From Janthinobacterium lividum (GTDB taxonomy: Bacteria > Bacteroidota > Bacteroidia > Sphingobacteriales > Sphingobacteriaceae), in the NCBI GenBank assembly GCA_050954865.1, contig JBPBQN010000160.1, forward strand, positions 695 through 64,694: a DNA stretch of 64,000 bases. Reading direction: 5' to 3'. Under the pieces are notes generated by a model. The model was not told the DNA's origin and ran no database searches. It was given only the letters and a program-made list of their open reading frames with translations. Made by a program: the position numbers and the translations under genes. Shown one piece after another: positions 1 to 7,898 of this stretch. How positions within the stretch are numbered: the first letter of the stretch is position 1; each line of letters begins with the position of its first letter.

Positions 1-541
1 GGATAGAATCAATAATCACCAGATTTGGCTGCACTACTTCTATCTGCTTAAAAATATTTTGCGTTGAAGTTTCTACCAGCACATACGGGTTGTTAATTGG
101 TGTGGTAAAAGAAGCACTGATGCGCTCCGAACGCATTTTAATCTGCCGGTCGCTTTCCTCGCCAGAAACATAAAGCACTTTAATGCCCGGCATAATCAAG
201 GCCAGCTGCAGCATTAAGGTTGATTTACCAATGCCAGGTTCGCCGCCAATTAAAACCAGCGAACCGCCGACAATTCCTCCGCCTAAAACACGGTTTAATT
301 CTTTATCCGGCGTAATTAATCGGTCTTCTTCCGAAAAAACAATTTCAGAAACCGGAACCGGTTTGTTGGAACGCTGCAAACTGCTGGTGGCCGGTTTCCA
401 CTCAGGCACAGCCAGGTTTGCTTTTTCAATTACTTCTTCTACAAACGTATTCCATTGCCCGCAGGCCGGACATTTGCCCAGCCATTTTGGTGTTTCAAAG
501 CCGCAGCTCTGGCAGAAATAGGCACTTTTAGTTTTAGCCAA
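1..541 (-). CDS. radA: DNA repair protein RadA/Sms, N-terminal part (C-terminus lies beyond the window start)
   Basis: Reverse translation from TTG at 541 reads (M)AKTKSAYFCQSCGFETPKWLGKCPACGQWNTF (RadA zinc ribbon), then the GGEPGIGKSTL Walker A. The + strand track ORF 183..521 is its antisense shadow. Confidence 0.85.
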   Translation of the reverse strand, partial: MAKTKSAYFCQSCGFETPKWLGKCPACGQWNTFVEEVIEKANLAVPEWKPATSSLQRSNKPVPVSEIVFSEEDRLITPDKELNRVLGGGIVGGSLVLIGGEPGIGKSTLMLQLALIMPGIKVLYVSGEESDRQIKMRSERISASFTTPINNPYVLVETSTQNIFKQIEVVQPNLVIIDSI

Positions 542-640
542 TTTTTATAAGATTAAAAGAGTTTTAGAATGATTTCAGGATTAAAAACGAGAATACTCCT
601 ACTGATTTAGCTTACAATTTACGGCTTTCTCACCAAAAAA

Positions 641-659
641 CACCTGTAAAAACAGCATA
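641..659 (+). repeat. 25-mer family short interspersed repeat, variant copy
   Basis: cacctgtaaaaacagcata. Confidence 0.4.
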
Positions 660-736
660 TAAAAGTTCAGGCTTACCATTTTACACTGCATCAACACAAT
701 ATAAAAGGATAAGCCTGAAAATGAGAAAAACGAAAA

Positions 737-2287
737 TTAAAGCTTGATTTCTTCTTCTTTGGAAGATAGAAAATGAAACTCGTTCATGGTATAATTGGGC
801 ATACTTTTCACTTTGATCCATTGGTGATAATGGAAAAACCATTTCATCTGTCGGTTGTACAATCCGCGTTTGATATATGCTTCAATAAAAGGATGAACAC
901 ACAGCGTTATGCCTTTTTCATTTTGTTCCTGTAGCACGTAATTGAGGTTGCTTTCGATATCATCCAGCAACAAAACACTTGGCCGTACGGTTCCTGTCCC
1001 GTGGCAGGTTGGGCAGATTTCGGAAGTAACAATATTCATTTCCGGCCGAACGCGCTGCCTTGTAAGCTGCACCAAACCGAATTTACTTGGTGGTAAAATG
1101 GTGTGTTTGGCACGATCCAAACGCATTTCATCCCGCAAAAATTCAAACAAATCTTTACGGTTGTTCGGGTTGTGCATATCGATAAAATCAATTACCACAA
1201 TGCCGCCCATATCGCGCAAACGCAGTTGTCGGGCAATTTCTTTCGCGGCTTCCTTGTTCACCATGAAAGCATTTTCTTCCTGATTTTCCTTGTTCGCTGT
1301 GCGATTGCCGCTGTTTACATCGATTACATGCAATGCTTCAGTGTGCTCAATCACCAGATAAGCACCGCCCGGAAGGTTAACCGTTTTACCGAAAGCAGAT
1401 TTAATTTGCTTTTCGATACCAAAATGTTCAAAAATCGGAACACTGTTTTTATGCAGTTTTACGATTTTTTCCAGATCGGGAGAAATTTCCTGAACGTAGG
1501 CTTTAACTTCTTCAAACATTGATTGATCGCCAACGGTAATGCTTTGAAAATCAGGATTCAGCAAATCACGTAAAAGAGTTGATGTGCGATCAATCTCACC
1601 TAAAATCTTTTTTGCTGGCTCGGTGGCTGGCAGGCGTGTCATGAAGTTTTCCCATTTGGCAATTAAATCCAGCAGGTCTTTTTGCAGTTCTTCAACGCCT
1701 TTATCTTCAGAAACCGTACGGATAATTACCCCAAATTTTTGGGGTTTGATGCTTTCCACAATTTTGCGCAACCGCGTACGTTCGGTATTGCTTTTAATTT
1801 TTTTGGAGATAGAAATAGCATCGGAAAAAGGCACCAAAACGACGTAACGACCTGCAATTGACAGATCAGAACTTAGCCGTGGGCCTTTGGTAGAAATCGG
1901 TTCTTTAGCGATCTGAACCGGAATCAGCTGGTTTTTACTTAGAATATCAGAAATTTTACCAGTTTTGGTAATATCCTGTTCCAACGTAAAATGATCCAGC
2001 AGTTTTGATTTGTAACTTCCGCCGCGAACTGTTTTTGCCAGTTTTAGTAAAGACTGTACCTGCGAACCCAGATCAAGGTAATGCAGAAATGCGTCTTTTT
2101 CATAGCCCACATCAACAAAGGCGGCATTTAAACTCGGCATGATTTTTTTGATCCGCCCAAGATAAATATCGCCAACTGTATAATTATTGTTGATCTGATC
2201 TTTATGAAGTTCTACAAGCTGCTTGTTTTGCAGCAAAGCAATAGTTGCACCAGCCGGGGAAGCATCGATAACTAATTCTTTTATCAA
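737..2287 (-). CDS. rng: Rne/Rng-family ribonuclease (RNase G-like)
   Basis: 516 aa. N-terminal S1-like segment GDIYLGRIKKIMPSLNAAFVDVG, core motifs ALHVIDVNSG and GGIVVIDFIDM, and a CPTCHGTG zinc link. Apparent TTG start. Confidence 0.85.
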   Translation of the reverse strand: MIKELVIDASPAGATIALLQNKQLVELHKDQINNNYTVGDIYLGRIKKIMPSLNAAFVDVGYEKDAFLHYLDLGSQVQSLLKLAKTVRGGSYKSKLLDHFTLEQDITKTGKISDILSKNQLIPVQIAKEPISTKGPRLSSDLSIAGRYVVLVPFSDAISISKKIKSNTERTRLRKIVESIKPQKFGVIIRTVSEDKGVEELQKDLLDLIAKWENFMTRLPATEPAKKILGEIDRTSTLLRDLLNPDFQSITVGDQSMFEEVKAYVQEISPDLEKIVKLHKNSVPIFEHFGIEKQIKSAFGKTVNLPGGAYLVIEHTEALHVIDVNSGNRTANKENQEENAFMVNKEAAKEIARQLRLRDMGGIVVIDFIDMHNPNNRKDLFEFLRDEMRLDRAKHTILPPSKFGLVQLTRQRVRPEMNIVTSEICPTCHGTGTVRPSVLLLDDIESNLNYVLQEQNEKGITLCVHPFIEAYIKRGLYNRQMKWFFHYHQWIKVKSMPNYTMNEFHFLSSKEEEIKL

Positions 2288-2344
2288 CTACTTACGCCTT
2301 ATCAACGGAAAACCGTTGTATTAAAATTTCAGGTGAATTATCAT

Positions 2345-2381
2345 AAAAATAAGAAAAGGCGCTTTGCTTTTACAAAGTGCC
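2345..2381 (-). terminator. intrinsic terminator after the bS22-like gene
   Basis: On the minus strand, ggcactttg-taaaag-caaagcgcc (one G:U pair) is followed by ttttcttattttt. Confidence 0.6.
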
Positions 2382-2404
2382 CCAATCTTAAAAAAAGGAG
2401 TAAA

Positions 2405-2494
2405 TTACTTCTTTTTGTGTCTGTTTTTTCTCAAACGTTTTTTGCGTTTATGGGTGGCCATTTTATGACGTTTTCTTTTTTTACCGCTTGGCAT
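2405..2494 (-). CDS. 29-aa lysine/arginine-rich mini protein, bS22-like (AURKAIP1/mS38-type) ribosomal protein
   Basis: Not in the ORF track (<60 aa). ATG 2494..2492 to TAA 2407..2405 encodes MPSGKKRKRHKMATHKRKKRLRKNRHKKK. A hairpin plus U-run terminator follows on the same strand. Confidence 0.6.
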   Translation of the reverse strand: MPSGKKRKRHKMATHKRKKRLRKNRHKKK

Positions 2495-2515
2495 AACTTC
2501 TTTTAATTAGATTAT

Positions 2516-3376
2516 TTAATTTTTTAACTCTTTAATGTACTCGTCCATTTTTTGGTTGAAAGCCGGATCGCCTGCCAGTCCTTTACATTTCTGATAAGCA
2601 TCAATTGCTTCCGGTTTCATTCCTAATTGTTTGTAGCTTTCTGCCAGATAAAAATAAGGTTCCAATTCCGGTTTCTGCTCCACCACATTTTTAAACCGGG
2701 TTACCGCTTTTTCAAATTGTCCGGATTTCATCGAAAATAAACCTAAGTTCAAATTCGCTTTTAAATTTTTCGGCTCTTTAGCAACCACACCCAGCAACAA
2801 TGAAATTCCAGTCATCGGGCTTGGTGCACCGCCATTCACATCAGCAATACCTAAACCCGTTTGTGCATCCAGATTATCCGGTGCAATTTGCATGGCTTTT
2901 TTAAATGATTCTACGTCATTCACCAAAAAAGCAGGTTTTGCAACCGTATCTTGCGTTAGTTTGTAAGCATCATTAAAACGATCGCCAGCATTTAACCAGT
3001 TTTGCAGATTATTGTCTTTTCGCGCTGCTGATAGATAATAAAAAGCAGCCGGCGCCGGCACATTTAAATCATCCCAGGTTTTTGCCAAATCTTTTTCCAT
3101 TTGCAAACGCTCGTCATCTACGGTAGCTTTTTGCAATCGGGCTTCTTTATCAGAAATTTCAGCTTGCATCTGCGAGGTCAGCAGTTTTTTTGCAGCTGTT
3201 GAAACATATTCCTCGTTAATGCTGGAAGAGGCTTCTTGCTCTGGCGCGGCAGAAGTTGTAGTGCCAGGTTTAACACGTGCTTCTTTTGGCCTAATTAATC
3301 CTTTTACAGGTAAAGAAATTAAATAGGTCATCATTGCAACAACAATTACAACTACTCCTATTTGCTTCTTTTTCAT
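2516..3376 (-). CDS. membrane-anchored tetratricopeptide-repeat protein
   Basis: 286 aa. N-terminal TM helix IGVVVIVVAMMTYLISL. C-terminal TPR-like periodicity (FEKAVTRFKNVVEQKPELEPYFYLAESYKQLGMKPEAIDAYQKC). Confidence 0.6.
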   Translation of the reverse strand: MKKKQIGVVVIVVAMMTYLISLPVKGLIRPKEARVKPGTTTSAAPEQEASSSINEEYVSTAAKKLLTSQMQAEISDKEARLQKATVDDERLQMEKDLAKTWDDLNVPAPAAFYYLSAARKDNNLQNWLNAGDRFNDAYKLTQDTVAKPAFLVNDVESFKKAMQIAPDNLDAQTGLGIADVNGGAPSPMTGISLLLGVVAKEPKNLKANLNLGLFSMKSGQFEKAVTRFKNVVEQKPELEPYFYLAESYKQLGMKPEAIDAYQKCKGLAGDPAFNQKMDEYIKELKN

Positions 3377-3384
3377 GCTGAAAA

Positions 3385-3684
3385 TTATTTACCTGCTTTG
3401 CTTTTGTTACCAGTACGCACTTTTTCTACAAAAGTCTTTGCAGGTTTAAAACTCGGAATAAAATGTTCAGGAATGATGATTGCCGTGTTTTTGGAAATAT
3501 TGCGAGCTGTTTTCTTTGCCCGTTTTTTTACTACAAAACTACCAAAGCCACGCACGTAAACGTTTTCTCCACCAACCATTGCTCCTTTTACCACCTTAAA
3601 AAAGGCCTCAACTGTTTCTTGTACATCTACTTTTTCTATCCCGGTCTTGGTAGAAATTTCAGATATAATCTCTGCTTTAGTCAT
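3385..3684 (-). CDS. HU/IHF-family DNA-binding protein
   Basis: 99 aa. MTKAEIISEISTKTGIEKVDVQETVEAFF...VRGFGSFVVKKRAKKTARNISKNTAIIIPEHFIPSFKP is the classic HU fold signature, with a basic C-terminal tail. Confidence 0.85.
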   Translation of the reverse strand: MTKAEIISEISTKTGIEKVDVQETVEAFFKVVKGAMVGGENVYVRGFGSFVVKKRAKKTARNISKNTAIIIPEHFIPSFKPAKTFVEKVRTGNKSKAGK

Positions 3685-3733
3685 CTGCTCTCTGTTATTA
3701 TTTAATTGTAATACTATAGTTGTTTTGGGGTTG

Positions 3734-3741
3734 CAAAAGTA
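3734..3741 (-). promoter_or_regulatory. -7 box for the HU gene
   Basis: Minus strand TACTTTTG (TAnnTTTG), about 50 nt upstream of ATG 3684. Confidence 0.4.
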
Positions 3742-3806
3742 TTGCTTTAAAACGAAACAGCGAAAAAAAAACAGTTTTTTTTATTTACACATCTGCCTAA
3801 CAATGA

Positions 3807-3836
3807 TTTGGTTAAGGTTTTGACTACCTATTTTTG
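3807..3836 (+). promoter_or_regulatory. Bacteroidota-type promoter for mutY (near-leaderless)
   Basis: TTTG at 3807-3810, 18-nt spacer, TATTTTTG at 3829-3836. ATG follows at 3841. Confidence 0.5.
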
Positions 3837-3840
3837 CAGC

Positions 3841-4920
3841 ATGAATTGGAGTGAGGAAATACAAAACTGGTACCTGCAACACAAACGCAACCTGCCCTGG
3901 CGCAACACCACCGATGCTTATACCATCTGGCTTTCGGAAGTAATTTTACAGCAAACTCGGGTAGAACAAGGCATGCCGTATTTTTATCGTTTTCTGGAAA
4001 AATACCCCACGGTTACGGATTTTGCCAATGCTACAGAAGATGAAATTTTAAAACTCTGGCAAGGTTTGGGCTACTATTCGCGCGGAAGAAATATGTTGAC
4101 AACGGCACGGCAAATTGTAGCAAATAACAATAGCATTTTCCCAACAACGTATGAAGAACTGATCAAATTAAAAGGAATTGGAGAATATACCGCGGCCGCT
4201 ATTTCTTCGTTTGCTGCCGATGAAGTAAAAGCGGTGGTTGATGGCAACGTTTACCGCGTTTTGGCACGATGGTTTGGCATGGAAGAACCGATCAATTCTC
4301 CGGCCGGGAAAAAACTTTTTCAGGTTCTGGCAGATGAAGTTTTGGATCGAAATCATCCCGGCCAGCATAACCAGGCGATGATGGAATTTGGAGCGATGTT
4401 GTGCAAACCCAAAAATCCGGATTGTAAAATCTGTCCGGTTCGGGAAGCTTGCAACGCTTATCAAACCAAACGAATCCATTTATTGCCGGTGAAACTGAAA
4501 ACCGTAAAAATCCGCGAACGTTATTTTAATTATTTCTTGATTTCGCACCAAAACCAAATTTTACTCAATAAAAGAAGCATTGATGATATTTGGGCAAACC
4601 TGTACGATTTACCACTGATTGAAACGCTCAATTACACACCTGTTGAAGAATTGACTGCACTTCCAACGTTTAAACAGTTTTTTCGAGATCAGTCAACGAT
4701 TATTTCTGCTTCGCCGATTCGCAAACACATTCTTACGCACCAGCGTGTTTTTGCACATTTTATTCATCTGCAAGTTAATCCGCAGGAAATTAACATGCAG
4801 CCCAATTGGTTTTTTGCAGATTTGGAGGAATTGGAAAAACTGGCTTTACCAAAAATTATTGACCAGTTTTTGAAGGATTTTTTCCACTTAAACCAAATTC
4901 AAACAGAACTTTTATTTTGA
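3841..4920 (+). CDS. mutY: A/G-specific adenine DNA glycosylase MutY
   Basis: HhH-GPD core (LKGIGEYTAAAISSFA), a 4Fe-4S loop CKPKNPDCKICPVREAC, and a NUDIX-like C-terminal domain. I prefer ATG 3841 (MNWSEEIQNWY) to the track's TTG 3808, because a -7 box sits at 3829-3836. Confidence 0.9.
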   Translation: MNWSEEIQNWYLQHKRNLPWRNTTDAYTIWLSEVILQQTRVEQGMPYFYRFLEKYPTVTDFANATEDEILKLWQGLGYYSRGRNMLTTARQIVANNNSIFPTTYEELIKLKGIGEYTAAAISSFAADEVKAVVDGNVYRVLARWFGMEEPINSPAGKKLFQVLADEVLDRNHPGQHNQAMMEFGAMLCKPKNPDCKICPVREACNAYQTKRIHLLPVKLKTVKIRERYFNYFLISHQNQILLNKRSIDDIWANLYDLPLIETLNYTPVEELTALPTFKQFFRDQSTIISASPIRKHILTHQRVFAHFIHLQVNPQEINMQPNWFFADLEELEKLALPKIIDQFLKDFFHLNQIQTELLF

Positions 4921-4922
4921 TG

Positions 4923-4980
4923 AATTTAGGTCGATAAAAGAAGCATCATCAAATTAATGCTTCTTTTATCGCCTAAAAAT
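4923..4980. repeat. 25-mer family, convergent pair forming a hairpin between mutY and the DPP-IV gene
   Basis: aatttaggtcgataaaagaagcatc (4923-4947) and atgcttcttttatcgcctaaaaat (4957-4980). Probably acts as a bidirectional terminator. Confidence 0.8.
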
Positions 4981-7154
4981 TAGCGTGCGCCCGGCGGACA
5001 ATGTTCTTTTAAAAACTGTGTGTAAGTGCTGGCCAGGTGTCGGCTCGTCCCTGCTCCTTCCGAAATGGCGTGCGTTCTGTTTGGATAACTCATCAGCTGG
5101 AAAACTTTGTCATTTTTAATCAGCTCATTAATCATCTGCTCGGCGTTGTTATAATGCACGTTATCATCGCCTGTTCCATGGATGATCAGCAAATTGCCAC
5201 GCAGGTTTTTGGCGTGCGCTAACGGCGATCCATCTACAAAATAATGCTTGTCTTCCGGCAGCAAACCCATGTAACGTTCCTGATAAATGTTATCGTAATT
5301 GAGTTGATTATCCACCGCCGCAACAGAAATCCCGGTTTTATAAATTTCCGGATACTGAAACATCAGGTTCAAGGTTGATGATCCGCCACCACTCCAGCCC
5401 CAAACCGCAACGCGGCTCGTATCAACATAAGATCGTTTTAGAATTTCTTTTGCAGCCATCGCCTGATCACGAATATTGATCACACCAATATTATGGTAGA
5501 TGGATTTGCGCCACTCTCGGCCTTTTGGTGCCGGCGAACCACGGTTTTCTACTGAAGCATAGATGTAACCATCGCTGGCCATGTTGCCAATGTACAAGCG
5601 ATTGAAACCAGTGCCATAACTATCTGTAACCGTTTGACTTGCAGGCTCTCCGTAAACATAAAATACAATCGGGTACTTTTTAGTCGAATCAAAGTTGAGC
5701 GGTTTTACCATCCAGCCGTCCATCGTTACGCCATCTACTGTTTTTACCCTAAAAAATTCAGGTTTATTAACCGGAATAGTGCTTTTGCGTGGCACAGCGT
5801 TACCTAACGTTTGATGTTCTGGCAGAGAAACCACGTTTGATGTTGGATATGTGTAGCTGTTTGAAAAATAATGCAAAGCCACTTTCCCATTCGGCGAAAT
5901 ATCATAACTATGCGTTCCAGGTTCATCGTTTGGCGTTACACGTGCTGCTTTTCCGTTCCCATTTAAAGCAACTTTATATAGATATTTTTGGGTGGCATTT
6001 TCGGGCGAGGCCATAAAATAAATTAAACCGTTTTTCTCGTCGATGTCTTCAACACTGATTACATCAAAATCGCCTTTGGTCATTAATTTTTCCTGACCAT
6101 TTCTGCTGATATTATAGATGTGCCGCCAGCCGTCTTTTTCACTCAGCCATAAAAAACTTTTGCCCTGATCAACCCAATCCCAGCCAATCGCTTCTGGCTT
6201 GGCATCAATCCAGGCTTTATCGGTTTCTGTTGATACTGTTTTTACCGTACCAAATTTGGCATCGCAAAGCATGATTTTGCTTTCGTTTTGGCGGCGGTTT
6301 AATTGCTGAATGATCAGTTCCGATGAATTTGCGGCCCACTCCATCCGCGGAATATAATGCTGCACGTCATCGCCCGGAACTTTCATCCAAATATTTTTGC
6401 CAGTATTTATATTGATTACGCCAATTCTGCACCGGCTCGGATTTTCTCCAACCACCGGATATTCTACCGGAACTGTAAAAGGATACAAGGAATCGGTCGT
6501 GTTCAACATCAGATAACTTCGGGTTTTGTTAGCATCCAACTGCCAGTAAGCAATTGATTTTCCATCGGGCGACCAGCGGAAACCATCGCGGCAATCCAAT
6601 TCTTCTTCATAAACCCAATCAAAAGTGCCATTGATTAATTTTTTTGTTCCATCTAATGTAAGTTTAGAAACCTTACCGGAAACTAAATCCTCCGTAAAAA
6701 TATTGTGTTCGCTCACGTAAGCAACCTTTGATGCATCCGGAGAAAACTTGGCAAACATTAACGAAGAAACGGGACGCGCAACACCAATTTGTTTTAGAGT
6801 TTTGGCCGATAAATCTGCCACCCAATAATCTCCACGCGTATCATAACGCCAAACTTTTTTTGAATTGGTGTAGATTAAAACCTTTTTGCCATCATCAGAA
6901 AAAATAAAACTTCTAATTTTCAGGGGTTCTGTTCTACCTTTTGGAGTGAATAATTGTGCATCTACCAAAGTGGTTTGTTTGGATGGATCACTGATGGAAG
7001 TTTGTACAATAGAACCATCTTGTACTTGCATGTAATTATTTCCGTCTTTGGTCCATTTAATGCCAGAACCAAATTGAGCTTTAGACTCAAAAACAAAAAT
7101 TATTTGAAAAATTAAACTGATTAAAACCGCAAAAACGTGTGATTTTTGTTGCAT
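4980..7154 (-). CDS. S9B-family dipeptidyl peptidase IV-like serine peptidase (secreted)
   Basis: 724 aa. Signal peptide, DPP-IV type beta-propeller region, and nucleophile elbow VWGWSGGGS with a downstream GTGDDNVH. Confidence 0.85.
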   Translation of the reverse strand: MQQKSHVFAVLISLIFQIIFVFESKAQFGSGIKWTKDGNNYMQVQDGSIVQTSISDPSKQTTLVDAQLFTPKGRTEPLKIRSFIFSDDGKKVLIYTNSKKVWRYDTRGDYWVADLSAKTLKQIGVARPVSSLMFAKFSPDASKVAYVSEHNIFTEDLVSGKVSKLTLDGTKKLINGTFDWVYEEELDCRDGFRWSPDGKSIAYWQLDANKTRSYLMLNTTDSLYPFTVPVEYPVVGENPSRCRIGVININTGKNIWMKVPGDDVQHYIPRMEWAANSSELIIQQLNRRQNESKIMLCDAKFGTVKTVSTETDKAWIDAKPEAIGWDWVDQGKSFLWLSEKDGWRHIYNISRNGQEKLMTKGDFDVISVEDIDEKNGLIYFMASPENATQKYLYKVALNGNGKAARVTPNDEPGTHSYDISPNGKVALHYFSNSYTYPTSNVVSLPEHQTLGNAVPRKSTIPVNKPEFFRVKTVDGVTMDGWMVKPLNFDSTKKYPIVFYVYGEPASQTVTDSYGTGFNRLYIGNMASDGYIYASVENRGSPAPKGREWRKSIYHNIGVINIRDQAMAAKEILKRSYVDTSRVAVWGWSGGGSSTLNLMFQYPEIYKTGISVAAVDNQLNYDNIYQERYMGLLPEDKHYFVDGSPLAHAKNLRGNLLIIHGTGDDNVHYNNAEQMINELIKNDKVFQLMSYPNRTHAISEGAGTSRHLASTYTQFLKEHCPPGAR

Positions 7155-7165
7155 AAAAGAAGCAT
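7153..7165 (+). repeat. 25-mer family, partial copy overlapping the DPP-IV start codon
   Basis: ataaaagaagcat. Confidence 0.35.
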
Positions 7166-7314
7166 TGAGTTTGAAAATTATTGGAAACTACGACGAAACA
7201 AGCAGATTAAGGAACTTCATCATCAGATGCAATTTTAGCCAACACTTTCACAGTAAATTAAGGAGAAAAAAATATAATTACAGATTAAACAATTGTTTAA
7301 TCAAACGATCATTT

Positions 7315-7782
7315 TTAAGACAATAATTTTTGCCGAAGTAAGAATTCTAACTGGCCATTTGAAACAGCAAGTTTGTCGTTCATTTCTTTCAACTTTTGAT
7401 CTTCTTCGTACTTAGCATATGCCTTTTGAATGGTAGCATCCAACTCATCCTCGTTCCATGGTTTAGTTAGATAATGAAAAACTTTTCCTTTATTAACTGC
7501 CTCAATAACAGCACTTATATCAGTATAACCGGTTAGTAAAATACGCATCGGATCAGGGTATTTTTCCAATACTTTTTCTAAAAACTCGCTGCCCGACATG
7601 TTCGGCATACGCTGATCAGTAATAATGATTTCTACCGGTTCAGTTTCCAAAATACGTAATGCTTCGGCAGCATCAATAGCTGTAATTACCTGGTATTTTA
7701 GCCGGAAAACCGCTTTGAAAGAGATTAAATTATTTTCTTCATCATCAATAAAAAGAATATTTATTTTTTTTTCTGACATCAT
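7315..7782 (-). CDS. REC-only response regulator with a short C-terminal coiled coil
   Basis: 155 aa. ILFIDDEENN...IIITDQRMPNMSG...LLTGYTD...KPW receiver signature with no output domain. Roughly half its positions match the REC of 13044..14135 by eye. Divergent from the 7899 operon. Confidence 0.85.
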   Translation of the reverse strand: MMSEKKINILFIDDEENNLISFKAVFRLKYQVITAIDAAEALRILETEPVEIIITDQRMPNMSGSEFLEKVLEKYPDPMRILLTGYTDISAVIEAVNKGKVFHYLTKPWNEDELDATIQKAYAKYEEDQKLKEMNDKLAVSNGQLEFLLRQKLLS

Positions 7783-7898
7783 TAAAAAAGATTAATACCT
7801 TGTAAGAAGTTAAATGTAGAAAATAGAATTGAAAAAGATATTTTTTCTTACTACTCCTTAAAAAACACAACCTGACTTTAACTATATAAACTGACTTT

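Noticed and set aside
183-521. 112-aa + strand ORF in the track
   Set aside because: It lies entirely antisense to a clear radA reading frame (zinc ribbon plus Walker A). The peptide is low-complexity and proline-rich, so it is a shadow ORF.
665-718. ttcaggctta / taagcctgaa inverted repeat downstream of rng as a terminator
   Set aside because: The 10-bp stem has a ~34-nt loop and no adjacent U-run. That is too weak to call it a terminator.
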